Assembly (NCBI GenBank): GCA_963823665.1
Contig: CAWGMQ010000003.1
Span: forward strand, 320,001-384,000
Direction: 5' to 3'
DNA: 64,000 nucleotides
From: an uncultured Planctomycetota bacterium
Lineage (GTDB): Bacteria > Planctomycetota > Planctomycetia > Isosphaerales > Isosphaeraceae
A program made the position numbers and the translations under genes. Position 1 is the first letter of the stretch, and each line of letters begins with the position of its first letter. This document shows, piece after piece, positions 51,704 to 60,391 of the stretch. The notes under the pieces were generated by a model. That model saw only the letters and a list, made by a program, of their open reading frames with translations, ran no database searches and was not told where the DNA came from.

Positions 51704-52255
51704 ATGAAGCCACTTCGGCGATTCAACCTGGCGGACGGGATGTCCTTGGTCGCGGCCACGGCGGTTGCGTTTGCGTTCATTCAATTCCAGGGACTGCCGT
51801 GGATTCTCGCGGAGAAGTGGTTTCCGCCCAAGGATAACATCCTGCGCCCACCGGAAGATGGAGACCTGGCTGCCCTCGTCTCATCATTTCTCATCCCCTG
51901 GACGATCGCCTTATTGTTCCTCCAGTTCCAGAGACCGAGACCCTCACGCCGCCGCCTCTTCATGCGGCCGGGGTTCGCCGCTTGCGCAATTGCAACTGCG
52001 ATGATCGTGTTTCTTTGTCTGGACGAGTATCGTCAATCCGTGTTTGCTTATCGGACTTTCACGGCTCCTGGTTTCCACACCGTGATCGCCCTGAATTATC
52101 GCATCTCCATATCCTTTGCGACGGTGGGGCTCTGGATGATCCTGGCCGCTTGTGGACGATGGCACGCGGAGCCGAGCTGGATCGACCGAGCCGGCCGGGT
52201 GGTGGGAACTCTCTGGATCATTCTGATCCCGATCCGGTGGTTCTCGCCCGTTTGA
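51704..52255 (+). CDS. Hypothetical membrane protein
   Basis: RRFNLADGMSLVAATA, RPRPSRRRLFMRPG, GRW.AEPSWIDRAGR motifs; about 5 TM helices. Confidence 0.75.
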   Translation: MKPLRRFNLADGMSLVAATAVAFAFIQFQGLPWILAEKWFPPKDNILRPPEDGDLAALVSSFLIPWTIALLFLQFQRPRPSRRRLFMRPGFAACAIATAMIVFLCLDEYRQSVFAYRTFTAPGFHTVIALNYRISISFATVGLWMILAACGRWHAEPSWIDRAGRVVGTLWIILIPIRWFSPV

Positions 52256-52883
52256 ACCTGACGCTTGCGGTGGGCGTTTCGTCCTTGAGGCTCGTGAGTA
52301 GTGCTTCCAGCTCCCGCAGCCGTGGTTCAAGCTCGGATCGGACGGAGCACTGGTTAAGCCAGTAGATAGAGGCGAATACGAGCACCATGATAGCGACCGT
52401 CAGCGTGGCACCGATAGCCGTCGGCCAGCCGCCGGACCGTTCCTGCCAGGCGATCTGGCCGAAGAAAGGCAGCGCCGAAAGGCCGAGAGGCAGCAGATAC
52501 CACCAGAGCACATTGCGGAGCAACGAGATTTGACGCTCAACCTGCGCCAGCAAGCTCGCGGCGTGCCGGCGGAGCGGTTCGCCTGGCCCAGGGAGCTGCC
52601 GATGGTGACGCATCCGGTCGGCCAGCATGTACGAGGCAACCCACAGCATGGCCGGAACCATCAAGTACCATGTCCAAGGCAAAGAGAACTTGACCCCGAT
52701 GTAAAGCCACAAGGGCACCATCAGAAGAGCTACACCAACTTCACGAACATCCCGCCAAAAAATACCGGCGGTGAAACATCGCTCCTGGCGCTCCAGATCC
52801 TTCAGGAGTTGATCGGCATCGACGGACAGACGGGATTGCGACGATTGCGTCTTCCAGGCTTGTTTGAGCATGTCAGGATCCAT
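52218..52883 (-). CDS. Putative membrane anti-sigma factor
   Basis: MDPDMLKQAWK N-terminus, 4 TM helices, WWYLLP; overlaps the end of the ECF gene. Confidence 0.65.
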   Translation of the reverse strand: MDPDMLKQAWKTQSSQSRLSVDADQLLKDLERQERCFTAGIFWRDVREVGVALLMVPLWLYIGVKFSLPWTWYLMVPAMLWVASYMLADRMRHHRQLPGPGEPLRRHAASLLAQVERQISLLRNVLWWYLLPLGLSALPFFGQIAWQERSGGWPTAIGATLTVAIMVLVFASIYWLNQCSVRSELEPRLRELEALLTSLKDETPTASVRFKRARTTGSGSE

Positions 52884-53409
52884 GCGATTCCTCTCTCATC
52901 AGCTCGCCGAGGGCCTTTTTCGCTCGATTCAACTTCACTCCCACGTTGCTTTCGGAGATGCCCAGGACCTCGGCCATCTGGCGGTAGCCCAAGTCGTCGA
53001 GGTAGAGGAGGACCAGTGCCGCGTCGGTTCCGGGCAACTGACGAATGGCTGCGTAGAGACGATCGACCGCTTCACGCTGAACCATTTCCTGGGAGCTGTC
53101 CAACCCCGCGACCTGGAGGTCTTCCACTGCAAGAATCGGTTGCTGGCGAGCACGGCGCCGGTGTTCGTTGCGGTGCCAGGCGAGCGCGGTGTTCAGCGCC
53201 ACGCGGTAAAACCAGGTGGCCGGGCTGGCCCGACCCTGAAACTGCGGCAAGGAGCGCCAGACCTGGAGCAGGATTTCCTGGGCCAGGTCCTGGCAATCCT
53301 CGGTCGTCTTCGTGTAGGCGCGGGGCACCTTCAGGACTGCGCCCTCGTGCGCGACGAGCCAGCTCTTGAACAGCGACTCTAACTTTTCATCGGGCAATTT
53401 GGAGCTCAC
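52873..53409 (-). CDS. ECF RNA polymerase sigma factor
   Basis: DLAQEILLQVWRS...TWFYRVALNTA; LYAAIRQL...LLYLDDLGY.QMAEVLGISESNVGVKLNR. Confidence 0.9.
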   Translation of the reverse strand: MSSKLPDEKLESLFKSWLVAHEGAVLKVPRAYTKTTEDCQDLAQEILLQVWRSLPQFQGRASPATWFYRVALNTALAWHRNEHRRRARQQPILAVEDLQVAGLDSSQEMVQREAVDRLYAAIRQLPGTDAALVLLYLDDLGYRQMAEVLGISESNVGVKLNRAKKALGELMREESHGS

Positions 53410-53420
53410 CTCCTGGAAGT

Positions 53421-53450
53421 ATTGGTAGCCTCGAGCGAGCGTTTCTTACA
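53421..53450 (-). promoter_or_regulatory. Possible autoregulatory ECF promoter
   Basis: TGTAAG-N16-CTACCAAT just upstream of the AGGAGG RBS of the ECF gene. Confidence 0.35.
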
Positions 53451-53609
53451 AGAATAGTGTGCCCATGTACGAGTCGATCCCGAACTGGGAGACCTGCGGT
53501 GTGGCGTCTGGGCGGGGTCGGAGACCCGCGCCCAACGGCGAGGGCAGATCCGTTCGTGGTAGCGGCCGGATAAACCTGCCCCTGCGGAACGTTCGGAGGG
53601 CCAAGTGGA

Positions 53610-53993
53610 ATGCTGCGTCTTACGCTCGTCCCGATGACCGGCGCATTGGCTGTGTGCAAGTTGCCACATGACGTCCCGATTCCCGAGTGGGTCGTGGGCG
53701 GCTCTTTTTTCTCCATCACCCGCACGGCCGACGAGTTGTCTGTCGTCTGCGATCAAGTTGCCGTTCCTGAAGGCGTTCTATGCGAACGAGGCTGGCGTTG
53801 CCTTTGGGTCGGCGGGACGCTCGAGTTCTCACTCGTGGGCGTTCTCGCTTCGTTGGTCGGCCCACTGGCTGGAGCCGCAGTGAGCGTGTTTGTGCTATCG
53901 ACATTCGATACCGACTACGTGCTGGTGAAGGAGGAGGACTTTGGGCGAGCTGTTGAGGTGCTGGTGCGGGAGGGGCATTCGATTTTGGCGTGA
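53610..53993 (+). CDS. ACT domain protein (ACT_7/CASTOR-like)
   Basis: FFSITRTADELSVVC, GW.CL.V.G.LEFSLVGVLA, STFDTDYVLVK. Confidence 0.9.
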   Translation: MLRLTLVPMTGALAVCKLPHDVPIPEWVVGGSFFSITRTADELSVVCDQVAVPEGVLCERGWRCLWVGGTLEFSLVGVLASLVGPLAGAAVSVFVLSTFDTDYVLVKEEDFGRAVEVLVREGHSILA

Positions 53994-54042
53994 TCGCAGC
54001 GCCAAGTATTCCTGAATATCGGAAATCACGATGCGGCAATCG

Positions 54043-54110
54043 GGAGGCATCGGCGAGCTCGCGGCGGAGCGGCAACGGGGGCATTCCGACGCAGGGCGCC
54101 GGAATGAGGG
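54043..54110. repeat. Dispersed intergenic repeat (second copy at 59146-59216)
   Basis: GAG.TCGC.GCGGAGCGGCA...GG..TTCCGACGC.G.GC..CGGAAT.AGGG shared by both copies, with terminal hairpin. Confidence 0.65.
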
Positions 54111-54172
54111 TAGGCTTTTCCGGTCGGAAAAGTGATCTCGTTGCGGTTCGCGCCCCGGCCTGGATCCAGGCT

Positions 54173-55039
54173 TCATCGCGATCGTCTGACGACGACGACG
54201 CGGAAGCCGATGTGGTCGGCACGGCGCTCCGGCTCGAATGGTACGCGGCAGGCTGACCGGCAGGGCCAGCCGTCGTCGCTCCAGGCGCCGCCTCGGCGTA
54301 CTCGCGACCCGTCGCCGGGCCCGTTTTGCGCGGCCATGGACCGCATGTCGTGCAGGTCGGGATCGATTCCGCCGGGCAGCCTGGCGTGGTACCAGTCGCG
54401 GCACCACTCGAAAGTGTTGCCGTGCATTTCGTGCAGGCCCCAGGGGTTCGGCGGGTAGCTTCCGACCTTCGCTGCCTTGCCGAGCGACGGACCCGGCGCG
54501 GCCCCGTTATAGGGTCTGCCCTTGAAGTTCGCCTGCTTGCTGCTCAGCTTGTCGCCGAACGCCGTGGCGGTTGTGGTTCCCGCCCGGCAGGCGTATTCCC
54601 ACTGCGCCTCGGTGGGCAGGCGGTATTCCCAGCCCTCGGGAAGCTCGTTCGATTTGTGTGCCAACTCGGTGAGCTTGTGGCAGAACGCCTCGGCCTCAGC
54701 GAAGTTGACGTTGCCGACGGGGTAGTCGTCGCCCTCGGGCAGCTCGGCAGTCAGCGGACCCGGCAGCTTTCCGACGATGCGTTTCCAGTCGCCCTGGGTG
54801 ACCTCGTACTTCCCGGTCCAGAATCCGTGCGTGAGCGTCACCTCGACCTGGTCTTCACCTGGCCGTCGCTCGGGCTCACCGGGCGGGCTTCCCATCGTGA
54901 ATTTGCCGGGCAGGCACCAGCAGAGCTTCACGCCGGCGATCGTGCGCTCCTCGCCGGGCTTCTTGCCTGAAAAGTCGTCGGGCACGGCGGCGAGGCTGGT
55001 GGCGCAAACGAACACGACGGCCAATCCGAGCATTTTCAT
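54173..55039 (-). CDS. Formylglycine-generating enzyme (SUMF1) domain protein, secreted
   Basis: F.MGSP, KYEVTQ, RLPTEAQWEYACRAG, NPWGL.EMHGN..EWC, RGGAW, GFRV; GAGGAGG RBS. Confidence 0.9.
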   Translation of the reverse strand: MKMLGLAVVFVCATSLAAVPDDFSGKKPGEERTIAGVKLCWCLPGKFTMGSPPGEPERRPGEDQVEVTLTHGFWTGKYEVTQGDWKRIVGKLPGPLTAELPEGDDYPVGNVNFAEAEAFCHKLTELAHKSNELPEGWEYRLPTEAQWEYACRAGTTTATAFGDKLSSKQANFKGRPYNGAAPGPSLGKAAKVGSYPPNPWGLHEMHGNTFEWCRDWYHARLPGGIDPDLHDMRSMAAQNGPGDGSRVRRGGAWSDDGWPCRSACRVPFEPERRADHIGFRVVVVRRSR

Positions 55040-55242
55040 CGGCACCTCCTCAGACCAGCTTCGTCGCTCACGGCGCTTGTGGCAAGTGCGCAACAGCGGG
55101 CGGGCTGTTAGGTCTTACCTTGTGACTGAACGTGACCCCACTGACTGAATGCGGCTCGTGATTGAATTGTTGACTGTATTTCGTAAGCTGATCGTTGTGC
55201 TGCTTCCTTTCCATTTACCGGCGCGCTGGGTGTGAACTCGTC

Positions 55243-56864
55243 ATGTTATTCAGCCAACTGGCAGTGATAGCGGCCGTTGGGATCGCACCGGCATTCGCGA
55301 GCGCGGAAGCCCTTCACGCCCAAGCCGCCGAATTCTCGCCCGGCGAGCGGGTTGTGCAACGGTTCAAGGGCTTCACCCTTCTTATCGATAAAAAGCCCGT
55401 CGAAACCAGGAACGGGACTCGCATCTATCGCGTTCAGCGGATCGATGGCCCGTCGGTTCTGCTCAGTGCGGAGGGCGAAAAATTGAGCGGTTGGGCCAGT
55501 TCGGACTCGGTGGTTGCCGTCGGGCAAGCGATCGACTTCTTCAACAACGAGGTCGAAGCTCATCCTCTGGACCCCTTTCCCAGAGCAATGCGAGCGACAA
55601 TCCGGACAGATAAGAAGGATTATGAGAACGCCATCGTCGACTTCACGGAGGCGATCCGGCTCGATCCTGACTTTGCTCCCGCCTATTACAACCGTGCCGA
55701 TGTCTGGTACGAAAAGAAAGAGTACGAAAAGGCCATTGCTGATTGCCGCGATGCCATCCGCCTCGATCCGATCGACGCCAAAGCCTACTTTCTCCGAGGC
55801 TGCGTGTGGCGTGCAAAGAAGGAATACGACAAGGCCATCGGCGATTTCAACCAGGCCATCCGCCGCGATCGGAAAAATGCCAATTACTTCGACTGGCAGG
55901 GAAATTGCCGGCGCGAGACGAAGGAATACGATATGGCCATCGCTGACTTCGATACGGCCATTCGCCTCGATCCTGGGTTTGCCTCGGCTTACACGAATCG
56001 CGGGCTAGCTTGGGATGACAAAGGGGACTTCGATAAAGCCATCGAGGATCACAACGCCGCGCTCCGGCTCTTTCTTCGAACAGAGGAGGTTTACAATAAC
56101 CGGAGCCTCGCCTGGAACGGAAAGGGGGACTACGACCGGGCGATCGCTGATTACGAGCAAGCCATAGCGCTTAATCAAGAATTTGCCCCGGCTTACTCGA
56201 ACCGCGGCAACGTGCGGTACGCAAAGGCGGAGTTCGCCAAAGCTCGCGCCGATTATAACCAGGCTATCCGACTGGATCCCGTGGGCACCGACGCCTACAT
56301 CCGTCGCGGCATAGTCTGGTTCAGCGAGGCGGAGTACGACAAGGCGATTGCCGATCTCGACCAGGGAATCCGGATCAACCCGACGATGGCGCTCGCCTAT
56401 GAATCTCGGGGGATTGCGTGGTTTTGCAAGAAAGAATATGACAAGGCGATTGCGGACCAAAACGAGGCGATCCGACTCGATCCCAAGGATGCCCGGAACT
56501 ACTCCGGCCGCGGCCTCGCGTGGAACGAGAAGAAGGAATATGACAAGGCGATCGCCGATTTCAACGACGCCATTCGGCTCGATCCGCAATACGCCCACGT
56601 TTACAACCGCCGCGCGTGGCTCTGGGCCACTTGCGTCGACGGCAAGTATCGGCCACGCGGGCGTGCGAAATAGCAAACTGGGCGGAAGCATCCTACATCG
56701 ACACGCTCGCTGCGGCTCATGCCGAATGCGGGGAGTTTGACTCGGCCGTGAAGTGGCAAACAAAAGCGAACGCGCTCTTTTCCGATACCACCGAAAAGAG
56801 TACCGGCGAGGTCAGGCTCACGCTTTATCGAGACAAGAAGCCGTACCGCGAGGTAATCCGTTGA
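55243..56864 (+). CDS. Secreted TPR protein with N-terminal SH3-like domain; frameshift near 56655
   Basis: About 11 TPRs (KEYDKAIADFN.AIRLDP); C-terminal RACEI...IDTLAAAHAECGEFDSAVKWQ. Confidence 0.85.
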
Positions 56865-57108
56865 TTCGAATCCGGGTGTGCGACTCGGCGACGATCGTGC
56901 AAAACTGGAGCAGCCTCGGTGTGAGGATGCCGATCAGCACGAGCAAGAATGGGATGTGCATGTGCTGCGATTCGGAAGCCGGGGGGTGCGATCAGGAAGG
57001 TTGCTGCGCTCCGCAGGGCGAGTGCGTTTCCGATTATGCTTCTGCGGAGGGCGGTACGTCCGGCATTGGGCACGGACTGTCGTTTCCTCGGGACGGCGAA
57101 CGCGCGCG

Positions 57109-57133
57109 CGGCTCGGCAGGAGCCTCGCAATCC
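57109..57133. repeat. REP-like repeat (copy of 33521-33546)
   Basis: CGGCTCGGCAGGAGCCTCGCAATCC. Confidence 0.6.
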
Positions 57134-57343
57134 GGTGATGGCGACGTCTGGTCGCGCCGGCACGATGTTGAACGTAGGCTCCGACCTCGTGGGAAATCAA
57201 ACCGATTCGACGGGACGGACCTGGTTGCAACTCATTTCCTTGCCGTTCGAGTGCTCAGCGGATTCAATGGAGGGACGGCAACGCGACTGCGCGGTCGGTG
57301 TCCCGCAGCAGGCCTGGCGGCAACGACGAACTGGGGACCGAGC

Positions 57344-59123
57344 ATGATGAGAAGACGGCTGCGGACGAGTGTGGTCTTGATGTTCACTTCGATCGCTCTC
57401 GCGCCGGGGGCGCACGGGCGTGCGGAGACCACTTCGGCGGTCCAGGACGAGACGAAGAAGCTTCACGCGCTCTTTGATGAGGAGTGGCAATGGACGCTGC
57501 GGGAGTATCCGGAGGTGGCGACCCGCATTGGCGACCAGCGGTACAACGACAGGCTGACGGATCTGGCGGCCGCCGCGCTCGAGGCACGTAAGGCGCACAA
57601 ACGCGATTTGCTCAAACGCATTCGAGAAATCGATCGCGGCAGCCTGAAGGGCCAGGACGTTCTCTCGTTCGACCTGTTTCTGAGAGAAACCGAGCAGAGT
57701 GTCGCGTTCCAGCGGTTTCCTTCGGAATACATGGCCATCTCGCAGATGGGGGGCGTGCACCTCAGCATCCCCGAGCTGCCGCGAGTGGCACCCTTGCGGA
57801 GCGTCAAGAATTACGACGATTTCCTTGCCCGGCTCGAAGCGTATCCACGGCAGGTTGACCAGGTGATTGAACTCTTGAAACGCGGAATTGACACCGGGTG
57901 GGTGCCGCCGGAAGTGGCGCTGCGCAAAGTTCCTCCGCAGCTCGCGAAGCAGTTGGCCCAGGATGTCAAACAGTGCTCGCTATACAAGCCATTTGAGAGC
58001 TTTCCCGAAGCCATCGGCCCGGCTGATCGCGTACGACTGGAAGCCCGAGCTCTTGAGACAATCAATAGATCAATTGTTCCGGCGCTCAAGCGTCTGAATC
58101 AGTTCATCGCCGAAACTTATCTTCCCGCCTGCCGGAAGGATATCGCCGCGACGCGGCTGCCGGACGGAGCGGCCTACTATCAGGCGCAAATCCGGATCTA
58201 TACGACCACGGACCTTTCGGCGCGCGCGATTCACGAGACCGGCACGAAGGAAGTGAAACGAATCCGCGCTGAGATGGACGCCGCGATCAAGGAGACGGGG
58301 TTCAAGGGATCGTTCCCCGAGTTTTTGAACTTGCTGCGAACTGACCCGCGGTTTGCGAAGATCGAACCGGACCAGGTGCTGCCCGGATTTCGGGATATCG
58401 CGAAACGGGTTGATCCCGAGCTTCCCAAGCTGTTCGCCGAATTGCCTCGCACGCCGTATGGAATCCGGGAAATACCCGCTTATCAAGGAGAGACTGCCGA
58501 ACATTACACACGGCCTGCCGCGGACGGCTCGCGAGCTGGTTATTTCAACGCGAACGTGCTGAAGGGGGCGACCCGGCGCAAGTATGAGATGGAGGCGCTA
58601 CTGTTGCACGAGGCCGTGCCTGGCCATCACTTGCAGGTCGCCCGCGCCCAAGAGCTCAAGGAGCTACCCGAGTTCCGTCGAACCGGCTCGTACAGCGCTT
58701 ATAGCGAGGGGTGGGGGTTGTACGCCGAAAGCCTGGGTGAAGAGCTTGGACTTTACAAGGACCCGTACTCGAAGTTCGGCCGGCTGAGCTTCGAAATCCA
58801 CCGTGCCTGCCGACTGGTCGTCGACACGGGCATGCATGCGATGGGCTGGTCCCGGGAACAAGCAGTCGATTACCTGAAAGAGAACAGTGGATTATCCGAG
58901 AGTTTCATCGAGGCGGAGATCGACCGGTACATCGTCTGGCCGGGCCAAGCGCTCGCGTACAAGATCGGTGAGCTGAAGATCAAGGAGCTGCGCCAGAGCG
59001 GAGAAAGCGCTGGGAACGAAGTTCGACGTCCGGAAGTTTCATAATGCGCTGATCGACGATGGGCCGATGCCGCTGGATCTGCTTGAACGGCGAATCGACG
59101 AGTGGATCAAGGCGCAGCGTTGA
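57344..59123 (+). CDS. DUF885 family protein (putative metallopeptidase), secreted; frameshift near 58995
   Basis: HEAVPGHHLQ, EGWGLYAE, RACRLVVDTGMH, PGQALAYKIG, F..RKFH...GPMPL. Confidence 0.9.
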
Positions 59124-59145
59124 GACGGCGGACGGAGGTCGACAA

Positions 59146-59216
59146 GGGAGTGCCTCAGTGAGATCGCCGCGGAGCGGCAGTAGGGCCGTTCCGACGCGGT
59201 GCATCGGAATCAGGGG
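59146..59216. repeat. Dispersed intergenic repeat (copy of 54043-54110)
   Basis: Sequence similarity and TTCCGACGC/GCATCGGAA hairpin just after a stop codon. Confidence 0.65.
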
Positions 59217-59510
59217 AAAACCGCGGTGACCGGGCCTTGGCGACATCTTCGTTCCGCGACGGTCGCTCGTCGTATCACCAGGCCACGCCGGAACATAGCG
59301 CGGTTGGCCCCTCGCGTCAGGGCGTTTTCGTGAACCGCGGTCGCGTACGTAAGAACTCCCACTCCGGCGCTCACGCGCACTGGTGCAGCTTTGCTCACGG
59401 TTAATAGTTCCGATCCTTGGCGGCACGAAATCGTCAGGCTGAAGACTAACGTACAAAGCCGATGGCGCCACGCCGGATTGACGGTGCGGAACAATCCCGG
59501 AACCTAGGCA

Positions 59511-59559
59511 TTGACCCCCAGAACGGGTTGTTTAGAATAGTGGACTGACTGGTCAGTCC
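59511..59559 (+). promoter_or_regulatory. Sigma70-like promoter with downstream TetR operator
   Basis: TTGACC-N16-TAGAAT followed by the perfect inverted repeat GGACTGAC-TG-GTCAGTCC (59542-59559). Confidence 0.75.
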
Positions 59560-59582
59560 GGTTTTGTCAAAGTAGGGATTCG

Positions 59583-60245
59583 ATGAACGAATTGTCGGTG
59601 AAGAAATCGCGGCGGTGTACAGACGAGGAGATGCTGGCGTTTCGGGAGGAGATTCTCGAGACGGCGACGGCGCTCTTTGCCGAACAGGGGTTTTCTGACG
59701 CGGTGACGCAGGCGCTGGCGGGGAAACTGCAGGTGGGCAAAGGGACTATCTACCGGCACTTCGCCAGCAAGCGCGAACTTTTTCTGGCCGCGGCCGATCG
59801 GGTGATGCGGAAGCTGCAAGAGCGAGTCGAGACCAACATCGTCGGGATCACCGACGGGTTCGAGCGGATCACCAGGGCGGTTGCGGCGTTTCTGGCGTTC
59901 TTCGCGGAGCATCCTCAGTACGTCGAGCTGCTGATCCAGGAGAGAGCGTACTTCAAGGACCGGCAGCGTCCGACCTATTTCGAGCACCGCGAGATCAACA
60001 TTGAGCGCTGGCGGCAGGTATATCGCGAGCTGATCGCCGCGGGACGCGTGCGGGAAATGCCAGCCGACCGCATCACCAACGTTGTGAGCAACATGCTTTA
60101 TGGAATCATGGTCACCAACTTCTTCAACGGCCAGGCCAAGCCGTCGGACGTGCAGGCCAGAGAGTTGCTCGACGTCGTGTTTTGCGGGATCTTGACCGAG
60201 CCGGAGCGGCGCGTCCGCGAGGCGCCGGCGAAGGATTTAACGTGA
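59583..60245 (+). CDS. TetR/AcrR family transcriptional regulator of the efflux operon
   Basis: ILETATALFAEQGF...LQVGKGTIYRHFASKRELF. Confidence 0.9.
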   Translation: MNELSVKKSRRCTDEEMLAFREEILETATALFAEQGFSDAVTQALAGKLQVGKGTIYRHFASKRELFLAAADRVMRKLQERVETNIVGITDGFERITRAVAAFLAFFAEHPQYVELLIQERAYFKDRQRPTYFEHREINIERWRQVYRELIAAGRVREMPADRITNVVSNMLYGIMVTNFFNGQAKPSDVQARELLDVVFCGILTEPERRVREAPAKDLT

Positions 60246-60288
60246 TCCCTGCCGCGCCGCCCTAGACCACCCAGTACGACGAAACAAC

Positions 60289-60354
60289 GACCGAATTGTC
60301 AGGCTGAAGCCTGACCTACCAAGACCGAATCGTCAGGCTGAAAGCCGGAACTAC
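60289..60354 (-). repeat. Tandem pair of GTAG-type REP-like palindromes (third copy at 59433-59454)
   Basis: GTCAGGCTGAAGCCTGACCTAC and GTCAGGCTGAAAGCCGGAACTAC, 34-bp period. Confidence 0.65.
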
Positions 60355-60391
60355 GCAACAGTCTTCCGAGATATATGAGGCGCGACCAACC

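Noticed and set aside
56927..57343. Cys-rich metallothionein-like N-terminal extension of the DUF885 ORF (MCMCCD...GCC...EC)
   Set aside because: Reads through a REP-like repeat and precedes an obvious signal peptide at 57344; probably non-coding, though a small gene cannot be excluded
60289..60354. CRISPR-like repeat-spacer structure
   Set aside because: Two imperfect adjacent units with no unique spacers and no cas genes; better explained as REPs
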